In this document: positions 40,757-51,592 of the stretch, one piece after another | How the letters are laid out: the number at the start of each line of letters is the position of its first letter | How positions within the stretch are numbered: position 1 is the first letter of the stretch | NCBI GenBank assembly: GCA_964016885.1 | Contig: OZ024764.1 | Span: 7,254,001-7,318,000 of the forward strand | Length of the DNA stretch: 64,000 nt | Source of the DNA: Eledone cirrhosa | Lineage: Eukaryota | Reading direction: 5' to 3' | The notes under the pieces: generated by a model | What the model was told of the DNA's origin: nothing | Database searches by the model: none | What the model saw: the letters and a program-made list of their open reading frames with translations, nothing else | Made by a program: the position numbers and the translations under genes

Positions 40757-41310
40757 TAATTTAATATATCAACTAACATAAGCGCACAGATGCACGCCCA
40801 TGCCAGCAAATACACAGGTTATGTCATAGTACCTAGGTGGTTCAATGCAGGAGAATGCAGAACAATAATTTTTTTAAAAAAATATTTTCTTATTTTACGT
40901 CCTTTATATTATTGTTCTGCATTCTCCTGCATTGAACCACCTAGGTACTATGACATAACCTGTGTATTTGCTGGCATGGGCGTGCATCTGTGCGCTTATG
41001 TTAGTTGATATATTAAATTATCTATATTTATCTCCAAATCACTGATTTGTCGAGCAAACTTGTCAAAACCACTTCTAAAAAAATTTTTTTTGGGGTGTTA
41101 GTAGGCGTCAGTCATCTTACCATCCCATTCCTTCTAACTAGCCTCTGTGTCACGTGATTGATTCTTTAGAATCGGCCATTTGACTTGAAGCAGTGAGAAT
41201 TTCGGTACATAGAATCCAGTCCTCGCAAGCTGTTCGATTTACCGAATTATTATTATTTTTATATGAGCCGCCAGTGTCCGCGCATTGCCTGGAGACTTAA
41301 CTGAGAATAG

Positions 41311-41392
41311 ACTTCCTGATGACGCAATGAATTCTCGACAGTTGGATTACATAACTGTCTTTATCCCATTGCAGAAACTAATTAGTTGGAGT
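41311..41392 (+). ncRNA. Type I hammerhead ribozyme motif with extended stem II (unit 1)
   Basis: ACTTC-CTGATGA-C-GCAATG...CATTGC-A-GAAA-CTAATTAG-TT-GGAGT; palindromic stem III ACTAATTAGT. Confidence 0.7.
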
Positions 41393-41868
41393 GAAAATTT
41401 AAGTAAGAAAAAAATTTTTTTTAAATTTTTTTTTAAAAAATATTTTCTTATTTTACGTCCTTTATATTATTGTTCTGCATTCTCCTGCATTGAACCACCT
41501 AGGTACTATGACATAACCTGTGTATTTGCTGGCATGGGCGTGCATCTGTGCGCTTATGTTAGTTGATATATTAAATTATCTATATTTATCTCCAAATCAC
41601 TGATTTGTCGAGCAAACTTGTCAAAACCACTTCTAAAAAAATTTTTTTTGGGGTGTTAGTAGGCGTCAGTCATCTTACCATCCCATTCCTTCTAACTAGC
41701 CTCTGTGTCACGTGATTGATTCTTTAGAATCGGCCATTTGACTTGAAGCAGTGAGAATTTCGGTACATAGAATCCAGTCCTCGCAAGCTGTTCGATTTAC
41801 CGAATTATTATTATTTTTATATGAGCCGCCAGTGTCCGCGCATTGCCTGGAGACTTAACTGAGAATAG

Positions 41869-41950
41869 ACTTCCTGATGACGCAATGAATTCTCGACAGT
41901 TGGATTACATAACTGTCTTTATCCCATTGCAGAAACTAATTAGTTGGAGT
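41869..41950 (+). ncRNA. Type I hammerhead ribozyme motif (unit 2, identical)
   Basis: Exact copy of 41311-41392 at +558. Confidence 0.7.
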
Positions 41951-42044
41951 GAAAATTTAAGTAAGAAAAAAATTTTTTTTAAATTTTTTTTTTTAAAAAT
42001 ATTTTCTTATTTTACGTCCTTTATATATATATATATATATATAT

Positions 42045-42147
42045 ATCAAAATGAAAATCCGAAGGAAGGTAAGATTTCCAATCATTTTAATCACGACGTG
42101 ATTAAAATGATTGGAAATTTTACCTTGCCTTTGGATTTTCATTTTGA
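42045..42147. repeat. Near-perfect ~50-bp-arm palindrome next to a TA run
   Basis: atcaaaatgaaaatcc...ttttaatcacg-a-cgtgattaaaa...ggattttcattttgat. Confidence 0.88.
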
Positions 42148-42489
42148 TACAAATACTCCGTTTTACATCATCTAGCTGTTCCCTTGAATGGAATTGGAGA
42201 TATACAAAAGCGTGGAGGACTTAATATTGCTAACAAAAATTTATTGGACCGTTTTACACAACCAATAATACATCTTACTATATATATATATATATATATA
42301 TAAGAGAGAGAGAGACGGGAAGGAACAGATAGAATAATGGTTAGATAGTATGTAAAACTAAAACTTACTCCTCATTCTTTTCTAGAGCGGTACTCTCCTT
42401 TGTATCAGTCCTGTGATTACAAAAAATATAGTTAAATATATAAATAGATACACACACACATACATATATATATATTACATTATTTATTT

Positions 42490-42830
42490 AGTTACGTCCC
42501 TTTCCGATCTGAGTTCAAATCCCTCCGAGGTTGACTTTGCCTTTCATCCTTACGGAGTCGATAAAATAAAGTACCAGTAATGTACTAGGTAATTGCTGGC
42601 CTTGTGCCTAAAGTAGAAACAATTATTTATTTATGTTCAGGCGGTGGATTGGCAGTATCGGTAGAGGGTCGGACGCCATGCTTTGAAGCATAGTTACCTC
42701 CCTGTATGATCTGAGTTCAAATCCCGCCGAGGTTAACTTTGCCTTTCATCCTTACGGGGTCGATAAAATAAAGTACCAGTAATGCACTGGATAATTGCTG
42801 GCCTTGTGCCAAAAGTAGAAACAATTATTT
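42490..42830 (+). mobile_element. Two tandem SINE copies (second near full-length)
   Basis: 'gagttcaaatccc..gaggtt.actttgcctttcatccttacgg.gtcgataaaataaagtaccag' occurs twice. Confidence 0.85.
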
Positions 42831-43023
42831 ATGTTCATACACAGAACAAAAGGGACTCAAGGTTTTAAGGCCCAATATTGATTTTTGGCAGGACACCTAC
42901 AAGACCACTGTACAGTGTGGACTGGACACGTTTGTCATGGCTGCAGCGGGACCACTTTATGGTGAGGTTTGGGAACTTGTGTGGGGTGTTGGTAGGGAAA
43001 ATGTCTGGTGGATTGTGGATGTA

Positions 43024-43490
43024 GTCCTCTATAATTGTGCATAGCGCCAGAGGTCACCATCCTGTGTCATTGCCTTAGCTAGGTGTAATTGTACAAAGTC
43101 AGCTTTCCTTACCTCATCCCAAGTCTTCCTAGACCTGCCCACTCCACGGTTTCTGTCAACTTTGTTTGTTCGGCACCTTTTTATACAGCTGTCACCCTTC
43201 ATACACATCACATGTCTATGCCAAAACAATCGCACTCCTGCACACTGAATCTAATCCCTTTTATGCCTAAATCCTCTCACAGTATATATGGGACATAGGA
43301 TATATATATGGGACATAGGATATATATATGGGACATAGGATGGGAATTTATACCTACTCCTTTTCTGCACACTGAGCAGGACAGTTTACCTGAAGAGATC
43401 TGGGCCGAGTTTTCCTTTCTACTTACTAGAACTTTAGTCTTTACCAAATTGACTTTAAGACCTTTTGATTTTGATCTCTACTCTTTTCTT
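43024..43490 (-). mobile_element. Decayed RTE LINE fragments
   Basis: ORF 43029-43235 has HVMCMK...GRSRKTWDEV; a second piece resembles 44470-44600. Confidence 0.75.
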
Positions 43491-43850
43491 CCAGGTTGTC
43501 TTCTAAGGTATTTTGGGAGGTGCATTCTTCACTAGGGAGGGACATTGTGTTTATAACAGTCACTCTGTCTTCTGGTAACAATGAAATCTATCTAGCTGGT
43601 GGGCTCACATGATCTATAGGTTATTAAGTGGTTGTCTCATTTTTTTGAAGTTTGTGTTCCAGATATATAGGACATTTTCGTGAAGGAATTCCAGAAGTCT
43701 GAAACCTTCCTCTTTTCTCTTAAAATTCTAAAGTAAATTCTCCAGTCAGACCTTCTGTTATTGTTTTAACTTATCTCTCTCAATCCCTCTATTTCTCTCT
43801 TTCACTCCCTCTCTTTCTCTCACTCTCTCTCTCTCACACTCTTTCTCTCC

Positions 43851-45420
43851 TCATCTTGGGTCTCCCCACACCGCGGTTTCCATCGACTTCTAGTGCTCTG
43901 CAACTTTTTATGCAGCTGTCATCCTTCATACGCATCACATGTCCATACCAGCGCAACCGCCTCTCCTGCACACAGCATTTGATTCCTCTTATGCTCAGTC
44001 TCTCAATTCATTTATGCTTTGTCGTTCGCGTATATTACTGTTACACATCCATCGGAGCATGCAGGCTTCGTTTCTCTCTAATCTACGTAAGTCTTCCACC
44101 TTCAGCGCCCAGGTCTCACTACCATGCAACATCGCTGTTCGGATACACGCATCATACAGTCTGCCTTTCATTTTGAGGGAGAAGCCTTTTGCAGCTAGCA
44201 GTGATAGTAGTTCCCTAAACTTCTTCCATCCCATTCTTACCCTAGTTATTGTACTTTCTGAACACCCACCTCCGCTGCTAATTCGGTCACCTAGGTAGCA
44301 GAAGCTGTCTACTGTTTCTACAGAGCCCTCCCAGAGATTGGTGGTACTTGTTTCCTGTGGCTGTTTGCTGCTTGCTGTCCCAGCACAGCTGCTGCATGTG
44401 AAGCCTACATTCTTAATTAAGCTTCCTGAGATCCCGCTACATCTCTTGTGTACTCATTGTTTGCATTTGGGGCAGAGAATGGAGTTCCTACCTACACCTT
44501 TCCTACATACTGAGCAAGGCCATTTCCCTGAGGGGATCTGGGTTCTGTTTTCTCGTCTACTTACAAGGACCTTAGTCTTTGTCATGTTGACTTTGAGACC
44601 CTTTCTTTCTAGTCCCTGCTTCCAAGTTTGGAATTTCTTCTCTAGTTCTACCATAGATTCAGCTATAAGTGCGAGGTCATCAGCATACAGGAGTTCCCAT
44701 GGGCATCCGGTCTTAAAGTCCTCCGTTATTGCCTGCAGGACAATGATGAACAGGAGGGGCCTAAGAACAGAGCCCTGGTGGACCCCAACCTGTACGCTAA
44801 ATTCCTCGCTATACTCATTGCTAATCCTAACTTTGCTGACTGCTCCCCTATACATGGCTTGTACCACTTTCACAAGCTATTCATCTACTCCTAGTTTTCT
44901 AAGAGCCTACCAGATTACAGCACGTGGAACTCTGTCAAAGGCTTTCTCAAGGTCAACAAATGCCAGGTAGAGTGGCTTACTTTTAGCTAGGTACTTTTCC
45001 TGTAACTGCCTGACAAGGAAGAGGGCATCAGTGGTGCCTCTTCCTGGTACAAACCCAAATTGCATCTCGTCTAGTTTCACCCGGTCCCTAATCAACTGTG
45101 CTATAACTCTTTCTGTTACTTTCATGACCTGGTCCATCAGCTTTATACCTCTATAGTTTCCTCTATCTAGTGCATCACCTTTACTTTTGTAACAGTTGAC
45201 AATGATGCTACTGCACCAATCTTTTGGTATGACACCTTCTAGTATTAACGGGTTAACAATACGTGTGGTTATAGTGTGACCTACAGACCCAGATGCCTTC
45301 AGCATCTCGGCAGCTATACCCGATGGACCGGTTGCCTTCCCCATCTTCATATCTTTGATTGCCTTACTACGTTGCTGTTCCACCGTGCAAGAGTACTCTT
45401 CAACCAGCTTGCTGTAGACT
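43851..45420 (-). mobile_element. RTE LINE reverse transcriptase region, disrupted
   Basis: KATGPSGI, NYRGIKLM, QFGFVPGRGTTDA, DLEKAFDRV, GVHQGSVL, LLYADDLAL motifs across three ORFs. Confidence 0.95.
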
Positions 45421-45934
45421 TGTGCGCAAAGATGGAATCTGAAAGGCTGTGCTACATAAGGAACAATCAATATAAAGATTTACATATACACAAACTAGAC
45501 AAAGTCATAGATATATATGTTTTTGGCAACCATTCACGATGTGGCTCAATGATGAATTAATAAATTAAATAATCAGAGCAATATACTATAAATTTATCCT
45601 TGATAAATTTATAGAATTTATATCGAATTTATCCTTGATAGTATATTTCCAAATGCGAACGAAACCCTAAAGGGTAGAAACGTAATCCTGGTATGTGTAT
45701 ATGCATTTTTTCTTCTAACTTTAATTTTATACCTAATTGTGTATGGTTGACGATATATTTAATTGATTTCCACATGCTATTGAAATGCTGTCGTTTATTT
45801 ATCTACTATTTTATCATAGGTGCCTTTTAATCTTATAGCCTGGTCTAATTGATTTTTTGTGTGGTTGATTATGCTAATTGGGAGAGGAAATGGTGTATAT
45901 ATCTTATCAAATGGTTCTATGGACATAATTTGTA

Positions 45935-45969
<35 letters not shown>

Positions 45970-46304
45970 TTCTGATGATCTAGTTAAGCTAACAACATAT
46001 TTAAAATTGAGTGGCACAGCTTCAAGTGTTCAGCAATTTTTAGACAACTTAATCAGTGAAACAATTGTTAATACTGTAAATAAAAACCTTTTTTTGTACT
46101 GTTGACCATGTTATTCTTCACGCTTTCAATATTATTACTCCAAGATAAACTTACATAGGAATTCAAGAGAACTCAAATACTTGCCACCTACGGAAACCTC
46201 TTGTTGAGTCAAACAACGCTGTAGACTAAGACTAACCACAATACAGAGTATTCACAACCTCTACCTGGATTACCTATAACGATATTTTGTTATCCCTTAT
46301 ATGT

Positions 46305-46570
46305 GTGTGTGTGTGTCAATGTGCGTGAACGACAAGAGCATAGATGAGTTGATAGAGAAACTGGGGATAAGTTGTGATGTGCAGGAGAGAAGACTGAGAT
46401 GGTATGGACAAGTGATGTGCATCGAGGATGACCGCTGGGTAAAGAGGTGCTAAAAAATCCCAGTAGAAGGAAGACGCAGTAGAGGAAGACCACGAAAAAC
46501 ATGGCCGGTGGTGGTGAGAGCCCTACCCTTGCAAGCAGGGAAAAGCGGACATAAAATGATGATGATGATA
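46305..46570 (+). mobile_element. Decayed RTE LINE 3' fragment with (ATG)n tail
   Basis: 'caggagagaagactgagatggtatggac' (RRLRWYG) and 'gcagggaaaagcggacataaaatgatgat'. Confidence 0.75.
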
Positions 46571-46909
46571 TATATATATATATATATATAACATATGTAA
46601 GAGCTTTATAAAGATATGTTTTAACGGCTTGCAACTCTTTCATTATTCATTTTGCCTATAAATATATAGTCACTGCCAATACTGGAATTGAATAATCAAG
46701 ACCGTAGAGGTATGTCATATACCTTTGAAATATATATAATAAAGTATATATTTTGATTATGAGAATATTTTTCATTTGTTAATATTTTGAATAATATTAA
46801 AAACTCCAGGAAAACTTTCACTGTTGAGTGCTTCTAATCTATTGTAAAACTGTTTTCGTTGAGTAATCAACGAACCATATTAATCTTTGGTTATATATAT
46901 GTATAAATA

Positions 46910-47020
46910 TAGTTTCTACTTTTGGCAGAAGGCCAGCGATTACCCCAGTGCACCACTGGTACTTTATTTTATCGACCTCGTAAAGATGAAAGGCAAAGTT
47001 AACCTCGGCGGACTTGAACT
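46910..47020 (-). mobile_element. SINE fragment
   Basis: 'ctggtactttattttatcgacc...gatgaaaggcaaagttaacctcggcg' is the reverse complement of the SINE core. Confidence 0.8.
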
Positions 47021-47489
47021 CATATATATATATATAAATATATGCGTATATATATGTGTATATATATGTGTCAGTGTGTATATATGATCATCATTTAAAG
47101 TCCATCTTCCATACTAGCATGGGTTGGACGGTTTTGTCCCACTGAAGGCGAGATTGGTCAGCAAGCCGTCTCTCGCTTGTATATATGTATATATATATAT
47201 GTGTATATATATATATATATGTGTGTGTGTGTATTCATATATATATAGGGGTATATATGTGTGTGTGTGTTTAAAGGGAGAGGTAGTAGAAGGAGCAGAT
47301 TAAACAATGGTTAGACAGTATGTTAAGGTAACACTTACATCCCTTTCTTTTGTGTTTCAAACCAGGTTTTCCTGTAATGAGAAAAATATAGTTAAATATA
47401 TAAATAGATACACACACATACATATATATATATATTACATTATTTATATCTATTCATACACAGAACAAAAGGGACTTAAGGTTTCAAGG

Positions 47490-47654
47490 CCTCTGGTGGT
47501 GTCCAGCAGAAGCAAGGGGGACAACCGTCTATGCATTTCATGCTTAACTGGCCAGCAGTCGCAAGCAGTGGGAGGGACTGTCCTGACGATGGCCAGTTAA
47601 GCCTGAAATGCATAGACGGTTGTCCCCCTTGCTTCTGCTGGACATCACCAGAGG
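47490..47654. repeat. 65-bp inverted repeat with 35-bp spacer
   Basis: 47490-47554 pairs with 47590-47654 (2 mismatches seen). Confidence 0.92.
47577..47620 (+). ncRNA. Type I minimal hammerhead ribozyme motif
   Basis: ACTGTC-CTGACGA-TGGC-CAGTTAA-GCCT-GAAA-TGCA-TA-GACGGT; palindromic stem III ATGCAT. Confidence 0.75.
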
Positions 47655-47809
47655 ACGTTAGCTCCCCAGGGTTTGCAGAGCTAAGGCTTCCTAAAACCGT
47701 ATTTCTTTGGAGATACGAAATATTTATACATATTGTATAAAGATATGCTTGAAGCGAAATCCTATTTCTTTTATATATATATATGTATATATATACATAT
47801 ATATGCACA

Positions 47810-48112
47810 TAAAGTGTTTTGGCAGATCATCCACCGACTTCGTAATATGAAGCCCTCCCCCACACCTATCAAGTATGAATCCTGGGTTCCCTTATCTTCA
47901 GAAAGGTGCATCCTCACAAGGTGGGAGAATATGTTGCTGACTTCCTAAACCCGATCACAACAGCATCTTTGGATGTAGATGAGGTGTATCTGGGAGTGGT
48001 GACTAATCTCTCGGAGACTGAGGTCACAAGAGCAGTTAAAGTGCTCAAATGTGGTAAAACTGCTGGGGAAGATGAAATCTGGCTCGAGATGTTAAAAGCC
48101 TTAAATAAAGAA
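47810..48112 (+). mobile_element. Decayed LINE fragment (region just before RT)
   Basis: FWQIIHRLR...ILTRWEN; SETEVTRAVKVLKCGKTAGEDEIWLEMLKAL. Confidence 0.75.
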
Positions 48113-48113
48113 G

Positions 48114-48462
48114 ACCACTTTACAGTGTGGACTGCGCACATTTGGCATGGCTACAGCGGGACCACTTTATAGTGAGGTTTGAGAACTTGTGTGGGGTGTT
48201 AGTGGGGAAAATGTCTGGTGGATTGTGGATGTAGTTATAGGGGTGGGATGATTACATCAATTAAGATGTTTGGGAAGGTGTTACATACTAGATATATGCC
48301 TCAGCTCGTGGATTTATGAGGGCAGGTCCTCTATAATTGTGCATAGCGCCAGAGGTCACCATCCTGTGTCTTGCCTTAGCTAGGTGTAATTGTGCAAAGT
48401 CAGCTTTCCTTACCTCATCCCAAGTCTTCCTAGACCTGCCCACTCCACGGCTTCTGTCAACC
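48114..48462 (-). mobile_element. RTE LINE 3' remnant, paralogous to 42903-43160
   Basis: ORF 48288-48473 has GVGRSRKTWDEVRKADF; shared nucleotide blocks. Confidence 0.75.
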
Positions 48463-48680
48463 TTTTTATACATTATTTATTTATGTTCATACACAGAACA
48501 AAAGGGATTCAAGGTTTTAAGGCCCAATATTGACCATATCTCCAGATTATAAGAGGGATCAAATTTGTGACCTAATCTTCAGGCACTTAGATGTCTATGT
48601 TATATAGATAGATTTACATATATGTATATATATATTTATAAAAGTAAAACAAAGAAGCCTTCAATACATCAAAAGTCTTT

Positions 48681-48725
48681 ATTAGCCAACAATGTTTCGT
48701 CCTATTAAGGACTCATCAGGGCAAT
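48681..48725 (-). ncRNA. Canonical type I minimal hammerhead ribozyme motif
   Basis: Minus strand: ATTGCC-CTGATGA-GTCC-TTAATA-GGAC-GAAA-CATTG-TT-GGC. Confidence 0.82.
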
Positions 48726-50018
48726 TAAAACAGCAAGAAGTATTATCGGCCAATACAAGCCGAAAACTCCGAAGAATATGGAGTGTACATACACTAAAGT
48801 ATTGCAAGATTATGGGTAAAAATATATAATAAAAATCACTAAGGAGGTGTATAACATTTAGAACCATATTACAAATATAGTCCAAAGCAAAAAAAACCTA
48901 GAGCTAAACAAAGGTGGTTATATAGAGCGGGAATTATATATAATACTATATAATATAATATACTTGTAACAATATTAAAATTACAATAAAAATTAAAAGG
49001 TACAATATACATATGTATATATGTACGCACACGTACGCACATATACACATACATCAATACACATATCCATCTTTAACAGCACAAATTAAACCTTATTAAG
49101 AGTTTAAATATAAATAAGCATGATAGGAATAAAAATAATAATAATAATAATAATACGTATATCTAATATACATGAGGTAATAATATGATATGATTATAAG
49201 TAGCACATATAATGTATAATAAACTATACAATTATATACTATATAATATTATATAATAGATAATCTCCGGTTAATTTACACAAACAATATAGATGTCACG
49301 GCGATATCCAATTTTAGACAGCTAAAATTGGATATCGCCGATGTCCATTTAGACAGCTAAAATTGGATATCGCCGAACATATATAATATATAATATATAA
49401 TGGCATGCAAGTTAACAAATCAATTCATATAGAGTTACAGAGTAGGTGAGAAAAAAAATATAAATTGTACAATACCCAAAATTATGATGGTACAAAAATA
49501 TAAACATCTTACATGATATATAAAATTTAACATATCATAATGTTAGTAATAAGGATCGATAGTACAATAACTACAATATAAAATAATAAACATAACATAA
49601 TATAATATATAATTACTTATAATTACAAGGTTGGTTATCAGACATATATGTGGATGAGTGAGTAAGGGCCAGACAGAAAATACAATGCACATGTGTGTGT
49701 GTATATTAGATATTAGTTTAACAATAATAATAATAACGAATAATAATAATTGTTTCTACTTTATAATTTTAAAGGTATCGTAGACTGATGTTGTACTGAA
49801 ACGAGTTAAAGAACAGACTAATTAAATCTTTCTCATCTAACCTCTACTTCATGTCTAGTCATTTGTTTTTCCTAGCACTATACCTTTAAATTTATATATA
49901 TATATATATATTTGTTCGCAAGATTACTGTCTAGGAAAAAATAACACAGTAGTTTTATTTTTTAAGATTTATTTATCAAACTTGGGTCAGTTTGTCTTCA
50001 TGACTTGTTCTTTTGATC

Positions 50019-50580
50019 TCACTCGATAAACCCGCCATTGGCTTCGATGACGGCCTCAAGGCGGCCTCGGAACCGGCTACAGGCCTTCGTCACTGTCCCC
50101 CGACTTAGGACCCTAAAGGCACTTGTGATCCTGGCCTTCAGATCGTCTTTTGTATTGCAGCTAGATCTGTTTATGTCTTGTTCCACTGTGCCCCCACACA
50201 AAGAAGTCGAGGGGGTTGCAGTCAGGCGAGCTGGGAGGCCAGATGTCAGGTGAAGTGTGGTCGACGAAGTTCTCTGACAGCCAGGCTTGGGTCTTTCGGC
50301 TGGTATGGCAGGGCGCTGGGTCTTGCTGCCACACGTACGGCCTAACTGCAGCTACCTGGTCAATCCAGGGTTTTACTACCTCGCTCAGAACGCGGATGTA
50401 GCCATCGGTGTTCAGCTTAAGGCCCTTAGGAAAGAAGTGAGGTGGCATGACATCACCTTGACTGCTGACGACACCTAAGACCAATGTTGTTGCTGGAAAC
50501 TTTGTCTGCATGACTCTGGGCACATCTTTGGATGAGACAGCGAGCCACCTGTTGTTCTGGGAGTTGATCTTCTGGTCTTA
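50019..50580 (-). pseudogene. Tc1/mariner superfamily DD37D (maT-type) transposase C-terminal remnant
   Basis: VWQQD-x37-D spacing (QQDPAPCH...WPPSSPDCNPLDF); frameshifted tail ...RLEAVIEANGGFIE*; N-terminal part missing next to the adjacent LINE. Confidence 0.88.
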
Positions 50581-50599
50581 TTTGTCCTCCCGGCAGTAG

Positions 50600-51592
50600 A
50601 GTGGTGGACAGCAAGGGAGGGAGGGAAACCTCTCCGGATGAAATGCAAGGGTGGGACGGGTCCTATTCAGCATCTCTCCACTTGTCACGGTCCTTCGTCA
50701 TCTCCTCCGTGCGCTTCAGCAATCTGAGGTCTGTTCTAACCACCTCCACCCGTGTTTTTCGTGGTCTACCTCTACCACGTCTTCCTTCAACTGGCATTTC
50801 CTTGCACTTCTTCACCCATCGGTCATCCTCCATGCGCATCACATGTCCATACCACTTCAGTCTCCTCTCTCGCACACTACATTCTATCCCTCTCAGACAC
50901 AGTTTCTCTCTCAACACATCCATGCTCGGTCATTCATGCACATTTACACTGCACATCCAACGGAGCATGCTTGCCTCATTTCTCTCCAGCTGTCGCATAT
51001 CCTCTGCAGTTGCTGCCCATGTCTCACTACCATGCAGCATCGCGCTCCTCACACAGGTATCATATAACTGGCCTTTCGTAAGCCGGGAGAAACCCTTCTT
51101 CGTCAACAGAGGAAGTAGCTCCCTAAACTTCTTCCAACCAGTCCTTATTCTAGATACTATGGCCTCGGAACACCCCACTCCCATGCTAATCTGATCTCCT
51201 AGGTACCGGAAGCTATCCAATTCTATAGCACCCACCTGCATTTAAAAAATGTGTCTATCAATGCGACTTCTACTGTCTAATTTCTCTGTACATCTACTGC
51301 ATACATATTTCTCCCTACCTGTTAGTTTGCCTGCTATCCCACTACATCTCTTGTGTACTCAAGATCTGCATTGTGTGCATTTTATAGAATTTATTCCAGT
51401 TCCTTTTCTGCATATCGAACATGGCCATTTCCCTGACGGAACCAGAGTTTTGTCCTCTTTTCTACTCATCAACACTTTTGTCTTAGCTAGGTTCACTCTC
51501 AGTTCTCTTCATCCCAACTGCTGTTTCCATAGCCAGAATTTATTCTTTAGCCCCTCCACTGATTCTGCTTTAAGAACCAGATCGTCAGCATA
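50600..51592 (-). mobile_element. RTE LINE 3' half (second subfamily), disrupted
   Basis: Starts near YADDL; FRYLG, MLHGSETW, RLKWYGHVMRM, GRGRPRKT motifs. Confidence 0.92.

Larger units (their letters stand above)
40752..42025 (+). mobile_element. Penelope-pLTR/retrozyme-like insertion: 118-bp inverted segment plus two 558-bp tandem units and a partial third
   Basis: 40752-40869 is the reverse complement of 40908-41025; period 558 (ORFs 41285 and 41843 share their N-termini); (TA)n on both flanks; one hammerhead per unit. Confidence 0.7.

Noticed and set aside
45630-45690. GAAACCCTAAAGGGTA stem-III-like hairpin
   Set aside because: No intact CUGANGA upstream; at best a heavily decayed relic.
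45972-46010. CTGATGA possible hammerhead
   Set aside because: No correctly placed GAAA or stems I/III.
49785-49815. CTGATGT...GAAACGAGTT hammerhead-like string
   Set aside because: Core mismatch and no convincing stems I/II.
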